IMG/VR virus record: IMGVR_UViG_3300032289_001903
Span: 1-61,757 of that record
Strand: one strand, 5' to 3'
DNA: 61,757 nt
Source of the DNA: a virus
Taxonomy: Duplodnaviria; Caudoviricetes
Shown: piece by piece, positions 1 through 9,409 of the stretch
Position numbering within the stretch: position 1 is the first letter of the stretch
Layout: each line of letters opens with the position of its first letter
Position numbers and translations under genes: made by a program
Notes under the pieces: model-generated
What the model was told of the DNA's origin: nothing
Databases searched by the model: none
What the model saw: the letters and a program-made list of their open reading frames with translations, nothing else

Positions 1-423
1 AAAAAATGGACTATAAAAAACGGAATCAAACAAACAGTAACACGTTTCGACGCTATCAAAAAACAAATATTCACACCTATTACATGTCCTAACTGCAATA
101 AACCAATGACAAAAGGTCATTTTGATAAATATATGTTTAAAATACACCAGAAATGTTCTGATTGTGTAATTGATTATGAAACTAAACTAAAGGTTAGAGG
201 CGAATACAAGGAATATGAACAAAACATGATTAAACAGGGCGTTGCATACCATATCAAAGAAATGGAAAACGTGTTGCTAGAATTACTCATGGGTCAATCT
301 GGCGAATCATACGTTACTGAAGCGGGTGACATTGAAGAATGGAAAGGTAAAAGTCTTGACAATCAATTTATACAAGATATACAAGAATACATCCAAAAAC
401 TCAAGGATGCCATGAATGCATAA
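1..423 (+). CDS. Zn-finger (CxxC...CxxC) phage protein, 5'-truncated by window edge
   Basis: Frame is open from base 1 (KKWTIKNGIKQ...TCPNCNKPM...KCSDC), so the track start at 106 is internal. Confidence 0.6.
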   Translation, partial: KKWTIKNGIKQTVTRFDAIKKQIFTPITCPNCNKPMTKGHFDKYMFKIHQKCSDCVIDYETKLKVRGEYKEYEQNMIKQGVAYHIKEMENVLLELLMGQSGESYVTEAGDIEEWKGKSLDNQFIQDIQEYIQKLKDAMNA

Positions 424-430
424 TATTTAT
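423..430 (+). promoter_or_regulatory. ATATTTAT putative late promoter (first of ~21 copies at gene boundaries)
   Basis: Same octamer at 423, 6762, 14421, 16669, 18804, 20726, 25045, 25625, 29444, 33116, 40396, 40856, 41287, 44692, 45529, 47705, 48298, 49353, 52086, 59757, 60188, nearly always shortly upstream of an ATG. Confidence 0.65.
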
Positions 431-463
431 TGGTAATAATTTACACAATAATTCTTAAATATT

Positions 464-748
464 ATGGATAGTAACATTTGGTCAGTATTAATCACAGCAA
501 TAACAGTTTTGGGTGGTACTACAGCTTTCCGCTATTATGAGAAAAGAGCAATGAATAGAGAACGTGATGATGATTTTATTCGTCACGACTGCAAAGATCG
601 TATCTCTAAATTAGAAGCATTATTAGAAGCATCTTCTAGAGAAAAAGATGATTTACGTAACTTAGTGTTGAAATTAACATCAGAAGTAGCAGAACTACGT
701 GTTAAAGTTGATTTTTTATCTACTGAAAACGCTAAATTAAAAAAGTAA
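464..748 (+). CDS. Small membrane-anchored coiled-coil protein (holin-like possible)
   Basis: N-terminal hydrophobic segment WSVLITAITVLGG followed by a heptad coiled coil. Confidence 0.4.
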   Translation: MDSNIWSVLITAITVLGGTTAFRYYEKRAMNRERDDDFIRHDCKDRISKLEALLEASSREKDDLRNLVLKLTSEVAELRVKVDFLSTENAKLKK

Positions 749-756
749 TGTTTAAC

Positions 757-1344
757 ATGATTAAACTAATTAATTTATTATATGAAATTAATGAAGGAAC
801 CTGTGGTTACAACATAGATGCTAATACTAACAAAAAACTAAATACACCAGGTGGTTTAGAAGAGGCAGATCCTAAAACAGGCACTGGTAAAAAACCTAAA
901 GGATCCAGTCGTCGCTTATACACAGATGAAAATCCAAAAGATACTGTATCTATTAAATTTAAAACTAAAGAAGATATCGTTGATACATTAAATAAAGATT
1001 CATTTAAAGCTAAACCACATGCTCGTAAATCTCAGATTATTAATTTAATTCATCAACGTGTTAGAGCAGCATATGGTAAAGCTAAAGATCCTGAAGTTAA
1101 AAAACGTTTGAAACGTGCTTTAGATTACATTGAAGCGCGTAAAGAAACATCTAAAAGAAAAACTAAAACTTTAAATAAAGAAACAGCAGATCCTCAATCC
1201 GGCAAAGCAGCACCATATGGTTCCGGATATGCTCCTATACAACAGAACGAAGACATATTAAATGAAAAATGCTGGCCTGGATATACTAAAAAAGGAATGA
1301 AAACAATGTTTGGTAAAAAATATCCTAATTGTGTAAAAAAATAA
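757..1344 (+). CDS. Tagged modular putative head cargo protein (class I tag)
   Basis: Starts MIKLINLLYEINE (second ATG; 748 also possible). Basic modules are separated by LEE/NKE/LNE and it ends with KCWPGY...PNCVKK. Confidence 0.55.
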   Translation: MIKLINLLYEINEGTCGYNIDANTNKKLNTPGGLEEADPKTGTGKKPKGSSRRLYTDENPKDTVSIKFKTKEDIVDTLNKDSFKAKPHARKSQIINLIHQRVRAAYGKAKDPEVKKRLKRALDYIEARKETSKRKTKTLNKETADPQSGKAAPYGSGYAPIQQNEDILNEKCWPGYTKKGMKTMFGKKYPNCVKK

Positions 1345-1350
1345 AAAATA

Positions 1351-1671
1351 ATGATTAAATTAACTGATATACTAAACGAAGTAAAAGAAACATTTGAAAA
1401 TTTTGCTGTTACCCGTGGTAAAGGTGCTGCTAAAATAGCATCAACTGCTGAAGAAAAAGGTGGATTAGCATTATTAACGTGGCATCATTTCAAAGTAAAA
1501 GCTCCGTATTATAAAAAAGCCGAAGAAGGTAAATTTGATAAAGAAGCAGCTATAAAAGAATTTGAAAAAACACTAAAAAGCATATCATTAAATATGACTC
1601 AAATTGAATTTCAACGTGAAGTGGGTCGTATGGAAGTATTAGGCGAATTAATAATTCGAGATAAAAAATAA
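1351..1671 (+). CDS. Tagged putative head cargo protein (class I tag)
   Basis: MIKLTDILNE N-terminus. Confidence 0.55.
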   Translation: MIKLTDILNEVKETFENFAVTRGKGAAKIASTAEEKGGLALLTWHHFKVKAPYYKKAEEGKFDKEAAIKEFEKTLKSISLNMTQIEFQREVGRMEVLGELIIRDKK

Positions 1672-1672
1672 T

Positions 1673-2317
1673 ATGTTAAATGAAAATATACCATATTTTA
1701 AGTGTCTTATAAAAGAATCGTATTTTACTAAAAATCCTAAAGATTCTAATAAGTATCATAACGCTTATGCTTTTGGTATACAATCAATAATGGGTAAAAT
1801 ACTTACATTTCATATCATGACTGATTATGGAATGTTAAGATCTAGAGTACCAATATCTGAAATTTATCTACAAGAACCTAAAAAAGATTTGCCATTTTAC
1901 TACAAACAATTATGGGATTGTTTTGATAATGACGCGACAATAATAACTTATAGTTATTTAAAAGAAAAGAAATGTAAGGTTATATTAAGAGATAAAACAT
2001 ATGTTTGGGCTACATATTTATTTACAATAGACTGGCAAAATAACCCATACTCAGACGAACCTACTGACTACAAATGTGGACATGTATTAGCGGCTGATGA
2101 TGGATATTTAATGTGTATGCCAAATAATAGAATATTTTGGAAAGACTCTAATTGGATAACTAAAGAATTTCCAATAGAACCTAAAACTATAAAGGTAGAT
2201 ACAGAATTATTAGCTGTAGAATCAGTAGCAGATAGATGGGTATCTGAAGATACAGATTCTTTTTATTATGATATTAAAGAAATTAACAATGATAAAATTA
2301 TCAAAACTATTAAATGA
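1673..2317 (+). CDS. Phage protein of unknown function
   Basis: 214 aa ORF with globular composition (QLWDCF, YLFTIDW, KCGHVL, PNNRI), tightly packed in the operon. Confidence 0.6.
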   Translation: MLNENIPYFKCLIKESYFTKNPKDSNKYHNAYAFGIQSIMGKILTFHIMTDYGMLRSRVPISEIYLQEPKKDLPFYYKQLWDCFDNDATIITYSYLKEKKCKVILRDKTYVWATYLFTIDWQNNPYSDEPTDYKCGHVLAADDGYLMCMPNNRIFWKDSNWITKEFPIEPKTIKVDTELLAVESVADRWVSEDTDSFYYDIKEINNDKIIKTIK

Positions 2318-2876
2318 GAATGAAGTGGATTATTATGTAGACAGAGATGGAAATCAATTCCAAACTGTCGATGTAAATTATCTACAATACCCGGGCCTAG
2401 TAATGGTGAAATATGATGACGGGGAACCAGTGGAATACAAAGGTAATTTTGAAGCAGATTTAAAATCAGGTATGATTGAACGTTTAAAAAGTGAAATTGA
2501 TGAAGCCTTCTTCATTGGTGAAGATGACATAGAGGAATATGATGTTGTAAATGAACAAGACATTAAAGAATTTATTGAGTTCATGCGTGAATATCAACAA
2601 CAACTAAACGAGGCGGATTGTGATTGTTTATTAGAAGCCAAGTATCAAGGTCGTACTGTACCACTAGGTAAACCAATGAGAGGTGACAGTAAGAAATTTA
2701 AAGTATATGTTAAAAACCCTAAAACTGGTAAAGTTGTTAAAGTAAACTTCGGTGCTAAGGGAATGAATATAAAAAAGAACAATCCTGTAAGACGCAAAGC
2801 ATTTAGAGCAAGACACAATTGTGCTAACCCAGGACCACGTACTAAAGCTAGATACTGGTCTTGTAGAAAATGGTAA
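2289..2876 (+). CDS. Tagged modular putative head cargo protein with basic Cys-containing C-terminal module
   Basis: Start moved to MIKLSKLLNE at 2289. Acidic middle, then LLE|AKYQGR...FRARHNC...ARYWSCRKW. Confidence 0.6.
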   Translation: MIKLSKLLNENEVDYYVDRDGNQFQTVDVNYLQYPGLVMVKYDDGEPVEYKGNFEADLKSGMIERLKSEIDEAFFIGEDDIEEYDVVNEQDIKEFIEFMREYQQQLNEADCDCLLEAKYQGRTVPLGKPMRGDSKKFKVYVKNPKTGKVVKVNFGAKGMNIKKNNPVRRKAFRARHNCANPGPRTKARYWSCRKW

Positions 2877-2879
2877 ATC

Positions 2880-3491
2880 ATGATTAAACTAACAGACATA
2901 TTACTTGAAATGATGCTTGAGAAAAAAGCAGATCGTTGTAAGCGAATTGCTGATCGCAAATATGATAAACCATCTGCCTATAAATCAGGGGCTATTGTAC
3001 GTTGTCGCAAAGGTAATATATGGAAAGGTATTAAAGAAGATCAAATAAATGAATTAGGTGAAGGTGATTATCGTTACGAAGATATTTTAAAGTTTTTTGA
3101 TACAGCAGATAAAACAAAACAAAATAATATCTTAAATACAATTAATAATAATAAGCAATATAGTAATGATGAAAATATTAAAGATAGAGATGATTTAGAA
3201 AATTACATGAAGCAGTGGGAAAAAGAATATGCATCAGAAATATATAATGAATTATTTATTAACGAAGCAAAAAAAGAAACTCTCCGCACTTGGTTTAAAC
3301 GCAAAGGCGCTCCTGGTAAAACAGGTGGATGGGTTGATTGTAATACATGTCGCGAAGTAGATGGTAAAACCAAATGCAAACCTTGCGGCAGACAAAAAGG
3401 CGAAAAACGAGCAAAATACCCATCATGTCGCCCAACAGTATCAGCATGTAAGCAACCAGGTAAAGGTAAAAAATGGGGTAAAACAAAATGA
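2880..3491 (+). CDS. Tagged modular putative head cargo protein with two basic Cys-rich modules
   Basis: MIKLTDILLE; modules DRCKR...SAYKSGAIVRCRK and LRTWF...GGWVDC...KPCGR...YPSCRP separated by INE sites. Confidence 0.6.
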   Translation: MIKLTDILLEMMLEKKADRCKRIADRKYDKPSAYKSGAIVRCRKGNIWKGIKEDQINELGEGDYRYEDILKFFDTADKTKQNNILNTINNNKQYSNDENIKDRDDLENYMKQWEKEYASEIYNELFINEAKKETLRTWFKRKGAPGKTGGWVDCNTCREVDGKTKCKPCGRQKGEKRAKYPSCRPTVSACKQPGKGKKWGKTK

Positions 3492-4141
3492 TCAAATTAA
3501 TTGACATATTAAAAGAGGGCGCTTATGATTCTATGACTAGAAAAATAGTCACTGATATCATGAGAGAATGGAAAGACCAATATATGAACGAACCAGGTGA
3601 TTTGATATTTGATACTGATTATAATTTAACAGACGCTAAAGGTCGTAATTTTGAATTTGAATTATATGCTGTCCTAAGAGTAAAAAAATCACCAGGACAA
3701 AAATATATTGTTGATGGTGGTGTTGATCAATTAGAAGACCCTCCATATATGATAATTACATTTCAGGTTGATCCAAGAGATTTACCTCAAAAGTGGGAAG
3801 ATATATACTTTGATCTAATTGATGTTATTAGACATGAATTAGAACACTTTACTCAAGAAGGTATAAATGTTATTCCTTCTAAAGAAATGAATGATGATGA
3901 AATATTACGTGGTTTAATTAAGATGAAATTGGCTCCAAATACTGAATATTTTAAATTAGAAAAAGAGGTAGATGCTATGTTACAAGGTATGTATTTAAAA
4001 GCTAAAAAAACACGTACACCATTTAAAGATGTAATTAACGATTATTTTAATAAAGTAGGATTAAGAAAACAAGAAAGACAAGACATATTAGATGTGTGGT
4101 CTACTAGACTAAGAGCATTAAATTTACCCCCAATACAATGA
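3488..4141 (+). CDS. Tagged putative zincin-like metallopeptidase
   Basis: MIKLIDILKE tag; HELEH (HExxH) with downstream EVDA as candidate third ligand. Confidence 0.5.
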   Translation: MIKLIDILKEGAYDSMTRKIVTDIMREWKDQYMNEPGDLIFDTDYNLTDAKGRNFEFELYAVLRVKKSPGQKYIVDGGVDQLEDPPYMIITFQVDPRDLPQKWEDIYFDLIDVIRHELEHFTQEGINVIPSKEMNDDEILRGLIKMKLAPNTEYFKLEKEVDAMLQGMYLKAKKTRTPFKDVINDYFNKVGLRKQERQDILDVWSTRLRALNLPPIQ

Positions 4142-6762
4142 GAGCAATAGATAAATTCATATTACATGTAGTACATAACATTTTCCCTTTGAATGAATAT
4201 TCTGAGGGTGAATTAAAACGTTTAATGGCTCAATTTAGAGAAGAGGCGGACGATTTAAATATAAACATCAGTGATGATACATTAAAAACATATATCCAAC
4301 GTTTTGATGCTATTAAAAACTCACCTAAAATACCAGAAAAAGATTTACGTAAATATAGCTTATCTAAACTAATAAAATTAGTTACATCATCCGCAGGAGC
4401 AGAAGCACCAGATGATGAAGAAGATCAAACACCAGATGTTGTATACCAAGATGGTGGTAAGACAATATGGAATGGTTCTAAAGAAGGTAATTGTATTACA
4501 TATGGTGCTGGTGAAAAATGGTGTATAACTAGAGGATCATTTGGTAATTATCGTTATGATTCATCTAAAGGTTATCCAACATTCTATTTAGCTAAAAATG
4601 CTAATATGTCAGATAGCGATAAATTAAGTTTTGTTGCTATTCAAGTTAGAGACGTAGAGGATGAAAATAAAAAATATGTTTATACTAATAGACAAAATTC
4701 ACCATACGAATCATCTCCAATGTCTTTTAGTAAATTATCATCTGAAATACCTTGGTTAAATGATATTCCAAATATTAGAGGTATATTACGTTATATTCCT
4801 TTATCTAATCAAGAAAAAGTAACTCAAAAATATAAAAGAGATTCAATTAGTATTAGAGAATGGAATAAATTACCATTTAATGTTAAAAAACAATATTTGG
4901 TTATTAAGAAAAATAGTACATTATTTAATGATATTACTAACGATGTATTCGTATCTGATGTTTTACCACAATATCCCCAAATAGCGGAATTTATTGCAGT
5001 TACTCCTGGTATTGTAAAACCAGAACTTTTATTAAGAAATTTAGGCAAATTTAATAATCAAGATAGAAAATCTATAACAGCTAATTTACATGATAAAGTT
5101 GATTTAAAATGGCTTCCTTCTGAATTATTTCCATTTGATGTTAGGAAACTATTAACAGTATTAGATAAATGGAATCTTCCCGTTACTGATAGAATGTATG
5201 TTACAAAAAACGGTGAAGCTATAGTTAGATTAAAATTTGGAGATGACATATCTGTAGGCGTATATACAGCAGAAGACGATTATCCAAACATCAAATTAAA
5301 TCAACGTACAGCAAAATATCTACTTGATTACCCAGAACTAGATAAATTACCATTTAATGGCTTACTTAAACTAGCTACTGATGGTATTGTAAATAAAGAA
5401 TTTATTGATAAAGTTATTGATAAAGCTAAATCAGAAGAAAATTCAGCTATTATAGTTAAGAAAGTAGAAGATGGTGAAATATTAGTTGATGCTAATTCAT
5501 TTTCATCATATAAAATAAAAGATGGCAAAATAACCAAAGTACCATTTACTGATGAAGATGTACAAGCAGTATTAAGTGCTGAAAAAGATAATACATCCTT
5601 CCAACAAGGTGTTGTTAATATAGTTAAACAATCAGCAGATACCTATGAAAATCTCCCCCCAACTATTGATAAAGATGCTTTTGTATCTATTATAAAATCA
5701 ACTCCATATGATAATAGAACATTTTTTTCTCGTAATATAACTGGAGAACAAGTAATTCTTGTACCTGATGGAGAAAGTGAATATACTTTATTTACAAGAA
5801 CAATAGGAAGTCAAGGATTATATAATTTCAATGCATTAATGGATTATGGAAGAAGGGGTGATTGGAGAGATAGAGATACTAATGATAGTATGGATGAAGG
5901 AGCATGGAGATCTTATTTTAATTATTTAAGAAATGAAAATATAGTTTATGAAGGAAATCAATTACAACAATGGTTTAGAGGAGGATATGCTGTAGATGCT
6001 AAAAGGGCGTGGTTTAGAGCACAACCACCAATGTCTCCAACAGATCGATATGCCGTAGTAATAGGACCAAATGATGTTAATTATGTAGTAAATAAAGCTA
6101 ACCCAAGAGAATCACTTAAATTATCTGATTCAGGTAAATTAGTTAAAGCAAATATTCCTGTAGGAATGGCTCGTCAATTAACAGGTGCCACACCAGATGC
6201 CGCTACACCAGTAGCAGCCGCTGCTGCTACAGGTAGAAGAGGTAGACCAGCAGGTGTAGCTAATGCTCCACGTGCCGCGGCACCAGCAGCAGGAGGTGGT
6301 GATATAGGTGTAGCTGAAGTGATGGATGAAACGGGATTAACTAATGCTTTTATGCGTTTACCACGTGCTGATTATAGACGATTAAATGTAGATAATGCAA
6401 CACGTGTTGCTCCAAATGGTGATAGAGGTGCTGCACGTCGTAACAATCAATTAGGAGGAGCAGGTAGTGTAGGTCGAGTTATCAGTGTTGGTCCTAGTAA
6501 AATATATATTATTCGTTTAGCAAATCAACAAATAATTGCATCTATTAATATACAACCCGGTAATAGAAATTATATATTACTACCAGATGGTACAGCGGTA
6601 ACATTAAATTCACCATCTGACTTAATGCAGGCACTACAACGTCGTAATTTAGCTGAAGTACGTAATTATTTAGTACGTGAATACGTTGCTAATAATCCAC
6701 AACATTTAGATGAAGTACGTGAATTGATAAGACAACACGTTAATGAAACCACAAATCAATAA
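4138..6762 (+). CDS. Large putative internal virion protein (874 aa)
   Basis: N-terminal ...PLNE site, KWCIT motif, Ala-rich linker with AT-hook-like GRRGRP, C-terminal VRELIRQHVNE. Confidence 0.45.
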   Translation: MRAIDKFILHVVHNIFPLNEYSEGELKRLMAQFREEADDLNINISDDTLKTYIQRFDAIKNSPKIPEKDLRKYSLSKLIKLVTSSAGAEAPDDEEDQTPDVVYQDGGKTIWNGSKEGNCITYGAGEKWCITRGSFGNYRYDSSKGYPTFYLAKNANMSDSDKLSFVAIQVRDVEDENKKYVYTNRQNSPYESSPMSFSKLSSEIPWLNDIPNIRGILRYIPLSNQEKVTQKYKRDSISIREWNKLPFNVKKQYLVIKKNSTLFNDITNDVFVSDVLPQYPQIAEFIAVTPGIVKPELLLRNLGKFNNQDRKSITANLHDKVDLKWLPSELFPFDVRKLLTVLDKWNLPVTDRMYVTKNGEAIVRLKFGDDISVGVYTAEDDYPNIKLNQRTAKYLLDYPELDKLPFNGLLKLATDGIVNKEFIDKVIDKAKSEENSAIIVKKVEDGEILVDANSFSSYKIKDGKITKVPFTDEDVQAVLSAEKDNTSFQQGVVNIVKQSADTYENLPPTIDKDAFVSIIKSTPYDNRTFFSRNITGEQVILVPDGESEYTLFTRTIGSQGLYNFNALMDYGRRGDWRDRDTNDSMDEGAWRSYFNYLRNENIVYEGNQLQQWFRGGYAVDAKRAWFRAQPPMSPTDRYAVVIGPNDVNYVVNKANPRESLKLSDSGKLVKANIPVGMARQLTGATPDAATPVAAAAATGRRGRPAGVANAPRAAAPAAGGGDIGVAEVMDETGLTNAFMRLPRADYRRLNVDNATRVAPNGDRGAARRNNQLGGAGSVGRVISVGPSKIYIIRLANQQIIASINIQPGNRNYILLPDGTAVTLNSPSDLMQALQRRNLAEVRNYLVREYVANNPQHLDEVRELIRQHVNETTNQ

Positions 6763-6789
6763 TATTTATACATATAAACATAAAAAACA

Positions 6790-7344
6790 ATGAACCAATT
6801 CGCATTACGTCTATTCGTACGTAGCTTAATAAATGAAGCTAAAGAAACTAAAGATAAAGAACCAAAGAAAACAGTAAAAAAAGAAGCTGAAGAAAAAGCT
6901 CCTAAAAGCTCTGGCAAATTAGTTGATCTTAAAAAAGAATTAGCTGCTCTTAAGCAATATAAAGATGAATTAATGGTTGCTAAATTTGCTGAAAAAACAG
7001 CTGAAACTGAAGTTGAATTTGCTAATTTAGCTAAATTTGCTAAAGAATTAGATAAACTTAAAGCGGGTGGTGTTGCATTAGAAGCGAGTATTGATGAACA
7101 AATCAAAACCCTTGAAGATAAAATCTCAGCTGAGAAAGATAAGATTAAAGAAATGATGGGTTTAGTTCCTGAAGCTGGACAAAAGGAAATGGTAGATGAA
7201 AAAAAGAAAATGACATCTGCTCAAAAAAATAAAAAAGAAGATATCGTTAAAGGTATGAAAAAATCAGGTAGCTTTGGTAAGTCTAAAGAAGATAAAAGTG
7301 AAATGTATGCAACAGCTACTAAGTTAGCTACTAAAAAGAAATAA
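6790..7344 (+). CDS. Tagged coiled-coil/basic putative head protein (class II tag)
   Basis: LRLFVRSLINE N-terminus; C-terminal basic module KKEDIVKGMKK...MYATATKLA. Confidence 0.5.
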   Translation: MNQFALRLFVRSLINEAKETKDKEPKKTVKKEAEEKAPKSSGKLVDLKKELAALKQYKDELMVAKFAEKTAETEVEFANLAKFAKELDKLKAGGVALEASIDEQIKTLEDKISAEKDKIKEMMGLVPEAGQKEMVDEKKKMTSAQKNKKEDIVKGMKKSGSFGKSKEDKSEMYATATKLATKKK

Positions 7345-7346
7345 TA

Positions 7347-7721
7347 ATGGAAAACGAAATAATAGGTCAATTCATATCAACTTTGTTTGCATCACGCACA
7401 CAAGCTCATGTATTCCATCTTCAGACACCATCATTTGCTGCTCATAAAGCATTGAATGATTATTACGATGAAATCGTAGGCATAACTGATGGAATAGCAG
7501 AATCATATCAAGGTAAATATGGTATTATTACTGGATATGGTAATATTGCATTACAAGAATACCAAAGCTGTGAAGCAATAATTATGTTTTTTGAAACGCT
7601 TTGTATGTATGTTGAAAAAAGTAGACAAATGCTTCCACAAGATTCATACCTTCAAAACCAAATTGATGAAATTGTTGCTTTAATTAAATCTACAATATAT
7701 AAATTACGCTTTTTAAAATGA
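7347..7721 (+). CDS. Dps/ferritin-like four-helix protein
   Basis: HVFHLQT..SFAAHKALNDYYD...DGIAE pattern resembles Dps ferroxidase residues. Confidence 0.6.
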   Translation: MENEIIGQFISTLFASRTQAHVFHLQTPSFAAHKALNDYYDEIVGITDGIAESYQGKYGIITGYGNIALQEYQSCEAIIMFFETLCMYVEKSRQMLPQDSYLQNQIDEIVALIKSTIYKLRFLK

Positions 7722-8587
7722 TAAAATTACTTGATATATTAAACGAAGGTCCACAAATTGGTAAACGTCCTGTAAGAACATATAAACTTGTTCAAGGAAA
7801 AGAAGCTGAATTAGATAAAATAAAAAATTCTAAAGTAGTAGATTATATTAAAAAGAATCCTGAAAATATAAATATAGAAGATTTAGCTAAATTTCTTTCT
7901 GTACGAGAGCAAGTTGCTTTACAATTTATAAATGCCCTAAAACAAGTAGGAGCTTTAGTATCAAAAGATGGTACTACTAGTAAACCTATGAGTAGTGATG
8001 ATGTTGATGATTTATTTAAAGAAGCTACATTCACTAGTAAGTATGATGATAGTCCTAAATTAAAAGGTAAACAAACTAAATTACCTGATGAATTACAAGC
8101 TAAACTTGTTAAAGAAGGTGATGATCACGAAGTGGCAATGGCACAAGCTAGTTTAAAATCAATTATTAAATCAGCTGCTCAACTAATGAATAAATTAGGA
8201 ATGATGGAGCGTGATATACCAGGTTGGATTCAAGACCATATTACAAATGCTGAAAACTATATTGACCAAGCTGCTCAAGGTTTTCATGAATTAAATCATA
8301 ATGAAATGAATGAACAATTAAAAAGATTACAAGAATTAGCTAATGTTAAAGAAGCATTTTCTAATAAAGATGAGAGTGTATATCAAGATTTTATAAAACT
8401 TGATGGGGAATCAAAACTTAAATTCTTTGGTAAAATTAGAGATTGGTATAAGACAGCGAGTGACCCTGCAGTTAAAGCAGGATTACCAAAACAAAAAATA
8501 GTAGGGGCTATTAATAGCTTTATGGACGAGTATGGTTCTTATGTTAAAAAAGGAGAAGATGAAGGAGATAAATATGATTTCTCGTAA
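7718..8587 (+). CDS. Tagged modular putative head cargo polyprotein
   Basis: MIKLLDILNE tag; internal FKE/VKE/MNE junctions; internal KRLQELAN class III-like motif. Confidence 0.55.
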   Translation: MIKLLDILNEGPQIGKRPVRTYKLVQGKEAELDKIKNSKVVDYIKKNPENINIEDLAKFLSVREQVALQFINALKQVGALVSKDGTTSKPMSSDDVDDLFKEATFTSKYDDSPKLKGKQTKLPDELQAKLVKEGDDHEVAMAQASLKSIIKSAAQLMNKLGMMERDIPGWIQDHITNAENYIDQAAQGFHELNHNEMNEQLKRLQELANVKEAFSNKDESVYQDFIKLDGESKLKFFGKIRDWYKTASDPAVKAGLPKQKIVGAINSFMDEYGSYVKKGEDEGDKYDFS

Positions 8588-8610
8588 TAAAATAAACAAC
8601 AATAATAACA

Positions 8611-8844
8611 ATGACTAAAAACGAATTAAAAAAACTTATCAGAGAAATGTTAAGTGAAGAAGTAGAATCTACTCAATCTCGTTATGCTCATATGAGACCA
8701 TTTAAATTGGAAATTGCCAAGATAATATCTCAGCTTGGAGCACTTAATGATAAAATTGAAGAAAAGGGTCCTTTAAGTGAAGAAATCGTAGATGCATTAG
8801 AAGCATTAGGTGAGCTTATTTCAAATATCAATACTGGCCGTTAG
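8611..8844 (+). CDS. Small tagged protein (class II tag)
   Basis: MTKNELKKLIREMLSE. Confidence 0.5.
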   Translation: MTKNELKKLIREMLSEEVESTQSRYAHMRPFKLEIAKIISQLGALNDKIEEKGPLSEEIVDALEALGELISNINTGR

Positions 8845-8850
8845 AATATA

Positions 8851-9408
8851 ATGAATAAACAATTAATATTAGAAAAATACATTAAGGTAGCTGTTAAAAA
8901 AGCTCTTAAAGAGCAAGAAGAACAACAGCGAAAAGCAGAGAAGGCGATGTACATGGTATATCGCTTTCCTGGGCTAAAAAAGTTAATGGAAGAATTGATG
9001 TCTCCAGCTTTTGGCCGTTACGTTAATGGTATTAACATTATTGCTCCAAAACCAACAACATTTAAAGTTGATTTGATTAATGGACAAGATTTTAGTATTA
9101 AATACATTGGTAGAGGTAATTTTAATGTTAAGATAGCAGGTAAAAAGTATGATCCACTTAATTTAGGTGAATTAGAAAGAGCTTCACAAGGAATAGCTGA
9201 TTTATTAGAATTAAACTATGCACCTAAAGAAGGTGCTGAAAGTATACCATCAGGAGGAGCAGAAACTCCACCATCTGAATCTCCAGCAGCATCAGGAGCT
9301 GAATTAGGTCCTGAATTAGCAGCAGCTGGTCCTGAAACTACAGCACCTGCAGCAGGAGCTGAAACTACCCCACCAGCAGAAGAAGAAACCCCACCAGCAG
9401 AAGCATAA
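8851..9408 (+). CDS. Phage protein with Pro/Ala/Glu-rich C-tail
   Basis: ILEKYIKVAVKKALKE N-terminus, globular core, low-complexity tail. Confidence 0.5.
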   Translation: MNKQLILEKYIKVAVKKALKEQEEQQRKAEKAMYMVYRFPGLKKLMEELMSPAFGRYVNGINIIAPKPTTFKVDLINGQDFSIKYIGRGNFNVKIAGKKYDPLNLGELERASQGIADLLELNYAPKEGAESIPSGGAETPPSESPAASGAELGPELAAAGPETTAPAAGAETTPPAEEETPPAEA

Positions 9409-9409
9409 T

